From the NCBI GenBank assembly GCA_002898375.1, contig BEIN01000014.1:6712-70711 (forward strand): DNA of 64,000 bases, written 5' to 3'. The position numbers were made by a program, and so were the translations under genes. This DNA comes from a bacterium HR37. GTDB taxonomy: Bacteria > Desulfobacterota_D > UBA1144 > Nemesobacterales > CSP1-2. Position 1 is the first letter of the stretch. Every line of letters starts with the position of its first letter. This document shows, piece by piece, positions 39,153-48,873 of this stretch. The notes under the pieces were generated by a model, which saw nothing but the letters and a program-made list of their open reading frames with translations, was not told the origin of the DNA and made no database searches.

Positions 39153-40550
39153 TTATACGTTACGTTCTACAATTTTTTCTTCTTCCGGAAAATTTTTCCC
39201 GTATTTTTTCAGCTTGTTTCTTATGGTTCTAACACTTATTCCAAGGATTCTTGCTGCTTTCGCTTTATTACCGCCTACCTCCTTGAGGGTTTTAAGTATT
39301 AACTCCCTTTCCATGCTCTCTATTTTTCCATTTGAAAAAAGGGTACTTTGTGTTTCATCCTCTAGCAGGAGTTCTTTTTCCGTTATTCTCTCACCTTTAC
39401 ATAAAAATACAGCTCTTTGTATAACGTTTTCAAGCTCTCTTACATTGCCTCTCCACTGCCTGTTTATAAGGGTTTGCATTGCCTCTTCCGAAAAGCCCTC
39501 TATTTTTTTCCCGGAGATGAGAGAGAATCTCTTCAGAAAGTGCATGGCAAGAACCGGAATATCCTCTTTCCTTTCTCTTAAAGGCGGTATCTTTAAAGGA
39601 AACACGCTCAATCTGTAGTAAAGGTCTTCTCTGAACTTTCCTTCCCTACATTCTTTATAGAGGTCTTTGTTTGTTGTGGCTATTATTCTTACATCTACCG
39701 GTATGGGTTCTCTTCCCCCTATGCGGTCTATCTCTTTTTCTTGAAGTGCTCTAAGAAGCTTTGCCTGTATGCTTGTTGGTATCTCCCCTATCTCGTCAAG
39801 AAGGAGTGTTCCCCCATTGGCAAGCTCAAATTTTCCCTTTTTCTTCTCTTGTGCTCCTGTGAAAGCTCCCTTCTCGTATCCAAAAAGTTCGGATTCAAGC
39901 AGGTTCTCAGGTATAGCAGCGCAGTTTATGGCTATAAACGCTTTATCTGACCTCTTGCTCATTCTGTGGATAAACCTTGCAAGAAGCTCTTTCCCGGTTC
40001 CACTTTCCCCATATATCAAAACTGTTATATCACTTAGGGCAAGTTCCCTGGCAAGGTTTATGATCTTTTTCATCTCGGCATTCTCTGTGATTATCTCTCT
40101 TTCCGTAATTATACGTTTCTGAAGTGAGTCTAGGGTCTTTGCAAGAGTTTCCAGTGAGAAGGGCTTTAGCAGGTACTCGGTGGCTCCCTGTTTTATCGAT
40201 TCAACCGCATTCTCAATTGTTCCAAAGGCGGTTATAACCAGTATTGGAATACCACCGAAATTCTGTCGTATCTCCTTAATAAGGGTAAGCCCATCCATAT
40301 GTGGCATTTTCATATCCGTTATAACTGCGGAAAAGCTTGTTTGCTTGAGCTTAGAAATAGCATCTTCACCCCCGGAGGAAACAATGGCTCTGTAGCCAAG
40401 CTTTTCTACTGCTTCTTTAAGCGCTAACCTCATTTGAAGTTCATCATCCACTATGAGAATCGGTTTGGTGTTTTTAAGTCTCATAAAGTCCCTCCGTGTG
40501 TTTGGAATTAGGGAAGTAGAGGCTGAACTGAGTGCCTTCCCCCTCTTCAC
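39153..40550 (-). CDS. sigma54-dependent response regulator (NtrC family; FlgR/FleR-like flagellar activator)
   Basis: REC (ILIVDDE...VITDMKMPHMDG) + AAA sigma54-activator domain (GESGTGKELLARFIH, GAFTGA) + C-terminal Fis-type HTH. The ORF-track start (GTG 40550) overlaps the kinase; ATG for MRLKNTKP ~40484 is the probable start. Confidence 0.8.
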   Translation of the reverse strand: MKRGKALSSASTSLIPNTRRDFMRLKNTKPILIVDDELQMRLALKEAVEKLGYRAIVSSGGEDAISKLKQTSFSAVITDMKMPHMDGLTLIKEIRQNFGGIPILVITAFGTIENAVESIKQGATEYLLKPFSLETLAKTLDSLQKRIITEREIITENAEMKKIINLARELALSDITVLIYGESGTGKELLARFIHRMSKRSDKAFIAINCAAIPENLLESELFGYEKGAFTGAQEKKKGKFELANGGTLLLDEIGEIPTSIQAKLLRALQEKEIDRIGGREPIPVDVRIIATTNKDLYKECREGKFREDLYYRLSVFPLKIPPLRERKEDIPVLAMHFLKRFSLISGKKIEGFSEEAMQTLINRQWRGNVRELENVIQRAVFLCKGERITEKELLLEDETQSTLFSNGKIESMERELILKTLKEVGGNKAKAARILGISVRTIRNKLKKYGKNFPEEEKIVERNV

Positions 40551-41643
40551 TCCATACCCTTACGTATCCATTGTGGTTTTGCATTATCTTTAACACTATT
40601 GTAAGTCCAAGCCCCGTTCCCGTTTCTTTCGTACTGAAGAAAGGATCGAAAATCCTTTCCATGTTTGCTTTCTTTATCCCGACACCATTGTCTTTTATAT
40701 CCACTATCGTAAAGTCCTCTTCCTCTCTCATGTTTATCTCTACCCTCCCGTTATCTGACTTTATGGCCTGAATGGAGTTTATAATTACATTCATAAAGGT
40801 CTGTTTTAAGAGCTCCCTATCACCGAGTATGGTGCTATCCGTTAGTGTTTTCTTAAGAGAAACTCTTCTTGTTTCGATCAATGGCATAAGCATCTCTAAA
40901 ACCTCTTCTATTACGTTTCGTAACTTAACGGTTTTTCTCTGCAATTTGTGGTCTCTTACAAAAGAGAGCATATTTGTTAAGGTATTGTTTAGATTGCTTA
41001 TACCAACTGATATCCCGATTGCAAACCTCTCTAGGTCCTTTCCTTCAAGTTCCTTCTCCAGGATGTTGGCAAACAACTCTATGCTGCAGAGGGAATTCCT
41101 TATTTCGTGTGCTATCTTTGTAATCATCTCTCCCATTGCTATAAATCTTTTGTTCCTTTCATGCTGAATCTCAATTTCCTTTAATCTGGTTATATCCTTG
41201 ATCAGGATTACGCTTCCACGGAGGTTTCCCTTTGAGTCAATAATTGGTGAACGTGAAAATATTATGTGGTAGCTCTTGTCCCTTACCTTTAAAAATGTAT
41301 CAGGTTCGTCCGTTATTATTGAGCACTCAAGGGAGCCAAAGTTTTTCCCTATAACCTCTTGAGCGTTTAATCCTAAAATTCTCTCTGCTGACCTGTTTAT
41401 TGTGGTTATCCTCTCTTCCTGATCCACAACGATTATAGCCTCTTCCAGGTTGTAGAGAACTGCATTTAGGTAATCCCTGCTTTTTTCCGCCTCACTTAGG
41501 GCAATTTCAAGTTGCTCATTTTTCCTTTTTAATTCCGTTGTCAGGTAGTTGACTTTTTCCTGAAGCTGTTTGTAGTATGATTCAAGGTTTTTAGAGGCCA
41601 CAACGAAGTTCTGAAATGCTTCATTTAGACGTTCTATGTTCAT
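40474..41643 (-). CDS. cytoplasmic PAS-domain sensor histidine kinase (FlgS/FleS-like)
   Basis: 389 aa with no TM; coiled coil, PAS, HisKA H-box (AHEIRNSL), HATPase N/G boxes. Confidence 0.8.
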   Translation of the reverse strand: MNIERLNEAFQNFVVASKNLESYYKQLQEKVNYLTTELKRKNEQLEIALSEAEKSRDYLNAVLYNLEEAIIVVDQEERITTINRSAERILGLNAQEVIGKNFGSLECSIITDEPDTFLKVRDKSYHIIFSRSPIIDSKGNLRGSVILIKDITRLKEIEIQHERNKRFIAMGEMITKIAHEIRNSLCSIELFANILEKELEGKDLERFAIGISVGISNLNNTLTNMLSFVRDHKLQRKTVKLRNVIEEVLEMLMPLIETRRVSLKKTLTDSTILGDRELLKQTFMNVIINSIQAIKSDNGRVEINMREEEDFTIVDIKDNGVGIKKANMERIFDPFFSTKETGTGLGLTIVLKIMQNHNGYVRVWSEEGEGTQFSLYFPNSKHTEGLYET

Positions 41644-43436
41644 TAAAGCTCTCCTTTAATCAGTTCTTCTATTTCCAGCTCTTTTAAGGTAACTTCCCTA
41701 ATCTGCTTCATTATGCCCTTTGTCTGCTCTATCCTTGAGATTGGTTCCTTCTCCCCTGTGAGTTTTGAGAGCATATAGTTTGCCCAGTCTCTATCATTTG
41801 CTACCCCACTGATTTTGCTCTCATTCTTTATAGATGATGCAATCCTGTAGTATCGAAGTGCATCTGTTGGCCTGTTGGTCTGATAGAGGGCATCAGCAAG
41901 TGTTATGTATTCGCCCTGAGATGCTTTTGTTTCTTTTAGGGATGCTTCGTAGAAATCCAAAACTTCCTTCTTATCTTTTAACCCGTTTAGCATGCTTGAT
42001 AGTAAGGCAAGGTCTTCTCTTTTTATATCACTTATGGACTGTATGGTTTTAAAGGCTTCATGGTATCTGTGATCAAGCTTTAAGATCCTTGCTTTAATAC
42101 GAAGCACTCTATCATCTTCTTCGTTTATGTACTCTGCTATGTATTTTAGTGCCTGTGTCTTATCCCCCATTTCTGTAAAGAATTCAGCCATATAGAGGCT
42201 GCCTTTACGTTTTGCTCCACCTCGGGTGTTTTCTGCAAGCCACTTTGATAGCTCTAAGAAAGGCATCCGGTTCTCTCTTAACCAATCCAAAATCTTTACG
42301 AGAAACTCCGAGTTTGAGGGTTTCATGAAAAACCTTTTACAGGTATTCCAGAGTTTTAGGAATCCTTCCGGGTCTTTCTCTTTTAAATCGGTAAGGATCA
42401 ACCTTATTTCCTCAAGGGCATCCGGATCCGGATTGGCTCTAAATACTAGCTCCTTAAGCAGTTTTATGGATTCCTCAAGTTTTCCAGCTTCTTTATAAAA
42501 AGTTGCAAGTGCTATGGTTGCCTTATCGTATTCTTCACTGTAGGGATATTCATTTCTTATCTGCAAGAGTATGGGGATTGAGTCTTGTGGTCTTTGCTGT
42601 TTCATGTACAAATCTGCAAGGTAAAGGAGGGCTTTACTTCGTGTTTTTCTCTGTAAAGCCTTTGAGGCTGAGGTAAAGAGCCTTATGGCCGATTCAAAAT
42701 TGTTTTCTTTGACTTCAATAAGCCCAAGGCTTATTTCAGCTCTAGAGGTTATATCAGGATCCCTGGATTCATTTATTATTGAGGCTAGATAGACTCTTGC
42801 ATCCTGAAGTTTGCCCATCTGACGAAGGTTTTCTGCAAGATTGTATCTCGTCTCTAAAGACGACCCTAGATATCCAACTTCCCTTGTTATAAGGGACATG
42901 TATAAATTATAAGCCTCTTTGGTTTTCCCCATAGCCTGAAGACAGTTGGCTTTTCCATATAAGGCTGCTACTGTGTTTCCCAGCTTCTCGTATTGTTCTA
43001 TTGCTTGATCATATAGACCAAGCTTGTACATGGAGTCGGCAAGGCCAAGCTGTGCTCTTTTGTAAAGAGGGGATTTGGGGAAGGTAAGGAGGAAAAGCCT
43101 GAAGCAAGCAGCGGCTTCTTCATAGAATCCGGATTCAAAATAGGCTCTGGCTCTCTGTAGCAGGGAGTGCTCTTTTATTTGCTGATCCGTGGATAGTATA
43201 TAGGCCAATCTAAAGCGGTTTATAGATTCATATGTTCTTCCTGTAAGGAAAAGGGCCTGTCCATAAAGAAAGTTGTATATTGGAAGCTCTCTATCCTCTG
43301 GAATATGTTTGGAGAGTATATTAAGAACCTCCTCAGTATTTCCTCTGTCAAGGAGTTCAACTACCTTTCTAAGGCTGGAATCAGGATAACCCTCTGCAAG
43401 GAAGGATAGAAGAACAAAGGCCATAAGCATCTTCAT
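41643..43436 (-). CDS. secreted tetratricopeptide-repeat protein
   Basis: 597 aa; N-terminal signal peptide MKMLMAFVLLSFLA; many TPR units (AxxxYxxAL... repeats). Confidence 0.7.
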   Translation of the reverse strand: MKMLMAFVLLSFLAEGYPDSSLRKVVELLDRGNTEEVLNILSKHIPEDRELPIYNFLYGQALFLTGRTYESINRFRLAYILSTDQQIKEHSLLQRARAYFESGFYEEAAACFRLFLLTFPKSPLYKRAQLGLADSMYKLGLYDQAIEQYEKLGNTVAALYGKANCLQAMGKTKEAYNLYMSLITREVGYLGSSLETRYNLAENLRQMGKLQDARVYLASIINESRDPDITSRAEISLGLIEVKENNFESAIRLFTSASKALQRKTRSKALLYLADLYMKQQRPQDSIPILLQIRNEYPYSEEYDKATIALATFYKEAGKLEESIKLLKELVFRANPDPDALEEIRLILTDLKEKDPEGFLKLWNTCKRFFMKPSNSEFLVKILDWLRENRMPFLELSKWLAENTRGGAKRKGSLYMAEFFTEMGDKTQALKYIAEYINEEDDRVLRIKARILKLDHRYHEAFKTIQSISDIKREDLALLSSMLNGLKDKKEVLDFYEASLKETKASQGEYITLADALYQTNRPTDALRYYRIASSIKNESKISGVANDRDWANYMLSKLTGEKEPISRIEQTKGIMKQIREVTLKELEIEELIKGEL

Positions 43437-43490
43437 GGTCAGTTATTATATAAAGCAACAAACATGCCAAATGGGTTTGCAGGAGGGAGC

Positions 43491-44912
43491 CTATTCGTTC
43501 TCGGTATTTTCCTGGTCTAATCCCATTCTCTTTAGTTTCTCTATAAGGGTTGTCCTTTTTATACCCAATAGCTTTGCAGCTTTACTTTTTGTTCCCTTTG
43601 CTTTTTTTAGGGCTCTTAGTATCAGGGCTTTCTCTATCCTGTAAAGGGTTTTCTCAAGATTGATTTCATCTTTACCCTGTAGAAGGTAGTGTTCGAACTC
43701 CTCTCTTTCCGTTATTCTAAGACTCTCAGGGGATTGGGATCTGGTAAGGAACCTCTCCGGTAGGTCGGAAACATTAACCCTATTTCCCCTTACAAGGATC
43801 ATAAGGCTTTCTACAAGGTTCCTCAGTTCCCTTACATTACCAGGCCAGCTATAGTTCATAAGATGTTCCATTGCTTCTGCTGTAAACTCAAAAGGGTTCC
43901 TTTTCATCTTTTTTGAGAACTCGTTTATATAGTAATCAAGAAGCAATGGAATGTCCTCTCGGCGTTCCCTTAGAGGGGGTATGTGGATCTGAACCACATT
44001 TAGCCTGTAAAATAGGTCATCTCTGAATTTCCCTATCCTTGTCAGTTCTTCGAGATCCCGGTTTGTTGCAGCTATTATTCTTACATCTACTTTTATCGTT
44101 TTAATCCCTCCAACCCTTTCAAATTCCTTTTCCTGAATTGCCCTTAACAGCTTTGCCTGAAGGGAAGGTTCTAGATCCCCTATCTCATCTAGAAACAGAG
44201 TTCCATGGTTGGCAAGTTCAAAACGACCTATACGTGTACTGAAGGCTCCTGTAAACGCTCCCTTTTCGTGTCCAAAGAGTTCTGACTCTAGGAGGCTGGC
44301 GGGGATTGCGGCACAGTTTACAGGTATAAAGGGTTTTTGTGCCCTTGGGCTATTAAAGTGTATGGTTCTTGCAATTAGCTCCTTTCCTGTTCCGCTCTCC
44401 CCAGTAATAAGCACAGTACAGTCAGTATCAGATATCTTCTCTATCAACTCGTATAGTTTTAACATCTTTGGAGAGATGCCTATAAGGCCTTTGAAGCTGT
44501 ATTTCTTCCTTAGTTCCTCTCTGAGTATGGCATTTTCCCTTTTAAGCCTGGAAACCTCTATTGCCCTGTTAATGGTTATTATAAGCTCATCCACGTTAAA
44601 AGGTTTGGTTACGTAATCAAAAGCCCCAAGCTTCATGGCCTCAACTGCGGTGTCTACACTGGCAAAGGCTGTAACCACTATGACGGGAACATCTATCTTT
44701 GATGCAGATATCTCTTTTAACACATCCAGACCGCTGATTCCACAGGGCATAACCAGGTCTGTTAACACAAGATGGAATTTCTCCTTCCTTAACAGCTCAA
44801 GGCCTTGGGCCCCACTGTAGGTTGCTGCAACTTCGAAACCACGCTCTTTTAAAACCAGTGAGATGTAATCTGCAAGGGTCTGGTCATCTTCGATAATCAG
44901 GATTCTTTGCAT
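43491..44912 (-). CDS. second sigma54-dependent response regulator (NtrC family; FleQ/FlrA-like position)
   Basis: REC with an intact phospho-Asp context (ILIIEDDQT...LVLTDLVMPCGISG...VTKPF) + GESGTGKELIARTIH/GAFTGA + C-terminal HTH. Confidence 0.8.
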   Translation of the reverse strand: MQRILIIEDDQTLADYISLVLKERGFEVAATYSGAQGLELLRKEKFHLVLTDLVMPCGISGLDVLKEISASKIDVPVIVVTAFASVDTAVEAMKLGAFDYVTKPFNVDELIITINRAIEVSRLKRENAILREELRKKYSFKGLIGISPKMLKLYELIEKISDTDCTVLITGESGTGKELIARTIHFNSPRAQKPFIPVNCAAIPASLLESELFGHEKGAFTGAFSTRIGRFELANHGTLFLDEIGDLEPSLQAKLLRAIQEKEFERVGGIKTIKVDVRIIAATNRDLEELTRIGKFRDDLFYRLNVVQIHIPPLRERREDIPLLLDYYINEFSKKMKRNPFEFTAEAMEHLMNYSWPGNVRELRNLVESLMILVRGNRVNVSDLPERFLTRSQSPESLRITEREEFEHYLLQGKDEINLEKTLYRIEKALILRALKKAKGTKSKAAKLLGIKRTTLIEKLKRMGLDQENTENE

Positions 44913-44989
44913 CTGGTAAAGGAATTTTAGGAATTCTGCCTAAATATGTCAAGGTTTTGAGCACGTTTTTTTCTTGTTATGCGTTATGT

Positions 44990-45009
44990 GGTGTCGGGTT
45001 TATGACACC
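44990..45009. promoter_or_regulatory. inverted repeat GGTGTC-N8-GACACC, possible activator (UAS) site ~65 bp upstream of the fliL sigma54 promoter
   Basis: Read directly in the divergent intergenic region. Confidence 0.25.
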
Positions 45010-45067
45010 CAATTTAAAAGTCTGTCAATATATTGACGTTTTCAGGCTGATTATAGTCCTTTTTTCA

Positions 45068-45082
45068 GGCATGATAAATGCA
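45068..45082 (+). promoter_or_regulatory. sigma54 promoter GGCATG-ATAAA-TGCA upstream of the fliL...flhG operon
   Basis: GG-N10-GC spacing with one mismatch in the -12 element; SD AGGAGA follows before the fliL GTG/ATG. Confidence 0.5.
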
Positions 45083-45123
45083 TAGTAGATGGGGTAGGTA
45101 TTCCTAAAGGAGACCAGGAGAAG

Positions 45124-45588
45124 GTGAAAATGGCAGATGAGATAAAGGAGCCCGAAAAGAATGAAAAGAAAGGTGGGAAGGGAAAGCTTCTTGTTATTGC
45201 CGTTGTACTTGTTGCAGCTGCAGCAGGAGGTTTTTTTGGTTACAAGAAGTTTTTAAAATCTCCTCATGCTAAAGAGGAGGATAAGCCTGTTAAAACCGTC
45301 CTTTTTGCCCTTGACCCGCTTATCCTAAACCTTAGGGAGCCAAATAGGTTTCTTAAGCTCAGTGCACAGTTTGAGCTTTCTGATCCCTCATATGAACCGC
45401 TTGTATCAAGCAAGGTTCCTCAACTAAGGGATATGATAATTACGTTTGTAAGCTCCAAGTCTGTAGAATCCATTTTGACCCCTGAGGGTAAGATCCAACT
45501 AAAGGATGAGATACTGCTTAGAGCAAATCAGGTTATTGGCAAAAACGTATTTAGCAATGTCTACTTTACGGAGTTTGTAACGCAATGA
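45124..45588 (+). CDS. fliL: flagellar basal body-associated protein FliL
   Basis: 154 aa, single TM, FliL core (LDPLILNL...). Confidence 0.75.
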   Translation: MKMADEIKEPEKNEKKGGKGKLLVIAVVLVAAAAGGFFGYKKFLKSPHAKEEDKPVKTVLFALDPLILNLREPNRFLKLSAQFELSDPSYEPLVSSKVPQLRDMIITFVSSKSVESILTPEGKIQLKDEILLRANQVIGKNVFSNVYFTEFVTQ

Positions 45589-46565
45589 AGGATATCCTAT
45601 CACAGGAAGAGGTAGACCTGCTTCTTCAGGCTCTGGAATCCGGAGAAATAGAAGCCGAGAGCAAACAGGAGACTGGTGGGGTCAGACCCTATGACCTTAC
45701 AAATCAGGAAAGAATAGTTCGTGGTAGGATGCCAGGCCTGGAGATAGCAAACGAGAGGTTTGCAAGGTTTTTTAGGAGTTCTCTATCTGAATTTATAATG
45801 AGGTTTGTTGAGGTTAGCGTAAGTGGGATGGAGCTTATGAAGTTTGGTGAGTTTTTAAAACTGGTTCCGTATCCCTCCAGCATAAATATCTTTAAGATGG
45901 ATAATGTCCTTAAGGGTTATGCTCTGTTGATATTTGAGGCCCCTCTTATTTTTACATTGCTTGAGCTGCTGTTTGGTGGGAAAAGTGTATCCTGGTATAG
46001 GGCTGAAGGTAGGTCTTTTACAAAGATAGAGCAACAGATAATTGTTAAGTTGGTCTCTTTGGTTTTAAGGGACCTTAACAATGCGTGGGAGCATATAGCT
46101 CCTCTTAACCCAGAGTACGTCTCTTCTGAAATGAACCCTCATTTTATAACTATTGTAACCCCTAGTGAGATCGTTATTAAAATAGAAATCCTGGTGGAGA
46201 TAGAGGATTTTAAGGGAAGGTTCTTTTTCTGTATTCCCTACGCCTTGATTGAGCCGGTCAGGGAAAGGATGTACTCAGGGATTCAGAGCGATATCCTAAC
46301 TGTGGATCGAAGATGGGTTGATAGATTAAAGGAGATATTGATGGATTCTTATTTTGAGTTGGTAGCTGAGTTGGGAAGTGTTGAGATTACACTAGAAGAA
46401 CTCTTAAACCTTGAGGTTGGTAGCATAATAAATCTGGGAAAGCCGGTAGATGAGGAAGTGGTTGTTAAGATAGAAGAGATTCCAAAGTTTATGGGAAGGC
46501 CTGGCTACAGTAGAGGTAGTCAAGCAGTAAAAATTACAAGGGTTTTGGAAACTGAGGAGGTTTAG
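45585..46565 (+). CDS. fliM: flagellar motor switch protein
   Basis: 326 aa; MKDILSQEEVDLLLQAL CheY-binding N-terminus, FliM middle domain, SpoA-like C-terminus. Confidence 0.9.
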   Translation: MKDILSQEEVDLLLQALESGEIEAESKQETGGVRPYDLTNQERIVRGRMPGLEIANERFARFFRSSLSEFIMRFVEVSVSGMELMKFGEFLKLVPYPSSINIFKMDNVLKGYALLIFEAPLIFTLLELLFGGKSVSWYRAEGRSFTKIEQQIIVKLVSLVLRDLNNAWEHIAPLNPEYVSSEMNPHFITIVTPSEIVIKIEILVEIEDFKGRFFFCIPYALIEPVRERMYSGIQSDILTVDRRWVDRLKEILMDSYFELVAELGSVEITLEELLNLEVGSIINLGKPVDEEVVVKIEEIPKFMGRPGYSRGSQAVKITRVLETEEV

Positions 46566-46566
46566 T

Positions 46567-46902
46567 ATGGATTCAAAAAATCAGCAGGTTGAGGAAGCAG
46601 GTTTTGAGGAACTCAAGCAGGAACCCAGAGATGAGCTAAATAAGAGAAGTATAGATTTCCTCTTGGATATTCCCTTAACTATCACGGTGGAATTGGGTAG
46701 AACAAAGATGCTTGTTAGGGATCTACTCCAGCTTGGTCAGGGATCGGTTATTGAGCTTGATAAGCTTGCTGGGGAACCTATGGAAATACTTGTAAACAAC
46801 AAACTCGTTGCAAGAGGCGAGGTTGTTGTGGTTAATGAAAAATTTGGTGTTAGGGTTACGGACATAATAACCCCTGCAGAGAGGATAAGGCAGCTTAAAT
46901 GA
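46567..46902 (+). CDS. fliN: flagellar motor switch protein FliN (SpoA domain)
   Basis: 111 aa; IPLTITVELGRTKMLVRDLLQLGQGSVIELD. Confidence 0.85.
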   Translation: MDSKNQQVEEAGFEELKQEPRDELNKRSIDFLLDIPLTITVELGRTKMLVRDLLQLGQGSVIELDKLAGEPMEILVNNKLVARGEVVVVNEKFGVRVTDIITPAERIRQLK

Positions 46903-47225
46903 CGGAAGCATACATTCAAACAGCTCTGGCTTTGGGTTTGGTAGTAGGTCTTATACTGGTTATGGGAGTTTTTATCGGGAAAAGACAGAAGAAAACGGAA
47001 GAGATTATAAAGATACTGGCATACAGATCCCTGGGGTTAAAAAAAGGCATTTCTGTTGTGAAGATTGGAAAGGAGATACTGGTTATCGGGGTTACTTCAA
47101 ATGACTTTAAGCTGTTAAAAACCATTGATGAGAATGAAATCGGATACGGTTTAACCAAAGAAATCGTGGATAGGATCAACAGGCTTAGAGAGATCAAGGA
47201 GGAGCTTCTAGGTGCAGATAAGTGA
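46899..47225 (+). CDS. fliO: flagellar biosynthesis protein FliO/FliZ
   Basis: 108 aa single-TM protein between fliN and fliP. Confidence 0.5.
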   Translation: MTEAYIQTALALGLVVGLILVMGVFIGKRQKKTEEIIKILAYRSLGLKKGISVVKIGKEILVIGVTSNDFKLLKTIDENEIGYGLTKEIVDRINRLREIKEELLGADK

Positions 47226-47844
47226 TCCTGTAATTGAGGTTTTCCTTATCGTAAGCCTTCTTTCCTTCCTGCCGGCCTTACTCATTATGTTTACATCGTT
47301 TACACGTCTGGTTGTTGTCTTCTCTCTTATGCGTCAGGCTATAAGCGGTCAGCAGATTCCTCCCAATCCTGTAATAATAGGACTTTCTCTTTTCTTAACC
47401 TTCTACATTATGTCCCCAACTATAGATACTGTGGTGAAAGAGGCTATAGAGCCTTACATGGATAAACAAATAGATATAAAAGAGGCTTTTAAAAGATCCG
47501 AGTATCCGCTTAAAAAGTTTATGCTCAGGCAGACCAGGGAAAAGGATATTGCCCTGTTTCTTAAGATGTCAGGAGAAAGGCCACCTTCAAAACCAGAAGA
47601 ACTTTCGCTTAAAGTCCTTGCTCCTGCTTTTGCTATAAGTGAGCTCAGAACTGCCTTTGAGATCGGGTTCCTCATCTTCTTGCCTTTCTTGATTATAGAC
47701 ATAGTTGTATCAAGTATACTGCTTTCACTTGGAATGATGATGCTACCTCCGGTTCTTATATCGCTTCCTTTTAAACTTCTCCTTTTTGTCCTTGCAGATG
47801 GATGGAATCTTGTTGTGGGATCAATGTTGAGGAGCTTTCAATGA
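47212..47844 (+). CDS. fliP: flagellar export apparatus protein
   Basis: 210 aa FliP family (RLVVVFSLMRQAIS...). Confidence 0.9.
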   Translation: MQISDPVIEVFLIVSLLSFLPALLIMFTSFTRLVVVFSLMRQAISGQQIPPNPVIIGLSLFLTFYIMSPTIDTVVKEAIEPYMDKQIDIKEAFKRSEYPLKKFMLRQTREKDIALFLKMSGERPPSKPEELSLKVLAPAFAISELRTAFEIGFLIFLPFLIIDIVVSSILLSLGMMMLPPVLISLPFKLLLFVLADGWNLVVGSMLRSFQ

Positions 47845-48110
47845 CGGTAGAGCTTGTAAGGGATATATCGCAGGAGGTTCTAAAAACAATCCTTCTGGTT
47901 TCCGGACCAGCCCTTCTTGTAAGTCTTCTGGTTGGTCTTTTTGTTGGTCTTTTTCAGGCTGTTACCCAGATACAGGAGTTTACGCTCACTTTTGTTCCAA
48001 AAATAATAGCTGTGTTTCTGTGTATTTTCCTTCTATTCCCGTGGTTGATACGGATTATGGTGTCTTTTACAGCAACGATAATCAATAACATCCCGATGTA
48101 TATAAAATGA
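47841..48110 (+). CDS. fliQ: flagellar export apparatus protein
   Basis: ORF track starts at 47802; the real start is the ATG at 47841 (MTVELVRDISQEVLKTILLVSGP...), overlapping the fliP stop as ATGA; 89 aa. Confidence 0.85.
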   Translation: MTVELVRDISQEVLKTILLVSGPALLVSLLVGLFVGLFQAVTQIQEFTLTFVPKIIAVFLCIFLLFPWLIRIMVSFTATIINNIPMYIK

Positions 48111-48868
48111 TAGAGGCAGGTTTTCTCTCCAAATATATATTTAGCTTTCTGCTTATCCTTTTGAGGGTAAGTATCTTTATAAGTATGCTTCCCTTTTTTG
48201 GAAGTAAGAGTTTTCCTGTCCAATTTAAAGTAGGTCTTGTTTTGGCCTTCTCTATACTCCTTACACCTGTTGTGGAACCAAGAGTTAAAGAGGCTTATAT
48301 GCCGGTGCTGGTTGCTCGTGAGATAGTTTTAGGAATAGCCCTTGGATTTATTGCCCGCTTTGTTTTCTTTGCAGTTGAAATTGCAGCTCAACTGGTAAGT
48401 ACCACAATGGGTCTTGGTATGGCTTCTGTTTTTGATCCCGAGTTTGGTCAATCAACAGAGGTAGCCAGATTATACGGGATCATAGCGATGTTAACTTTCC
48501 TTGCAATGGATGCCCATCATGATCTCATAAGAGTGTTTGTAAAGAGCTATGAGTGGATGCCTTATGGAAAAATGGATTTAAGTGTTTTAATGGGACAGAT
48601 ACTTTCAGTTGTTGTAAGGATGTTTGTCCTTGCTTTAAAACTAAGCGCTCCTGTCCTTATAATGATGCTTATAACAAATCTCGTTCTTGGTTTTGTGTAT
48701 AGAGCAACTCCGCAGATAAATGTCTTTTTTATCAGCTCTCCTGTGTTTATTCTGGTGGGTTTTTTGGTAATGCTGTTTGGCATATCAGTTTTTATATACG
48801 TTAGCGGGATATATATTGGCAGTATCAAAGACGAACTACTAAAGCTCATATATGCACTGGGGAATTAG
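48107..48868 (+). CDS. fliR: flagellar export apparatus protein
   Basis: 253 aa polytopic FliR family. Confidence 0.85.
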   Translation: MIEAGFLSKYIFSFLLILLRVSIFISMLPFFGSKSFPVQFKVGLVLAFSILLTPVVEPRVKEAYMPVLVAREIVLGIALGFIARFVFFAVEIAAQLVSTTMGLGMASVFDPEFGQSTEVARLYGIIAMLTFLAMDAHHDLIRVFVKSYEWMPYGKMDLSVLMGQILSVVVRMFVLALKLSAPVLIMMLITNLVLGFVYRATPQINVFFISSPVFILVGFLVMLFGISVFIYVSGIYIGSIKDELLKLIYALGN

Positions 48869-48873
48869 CTAAC

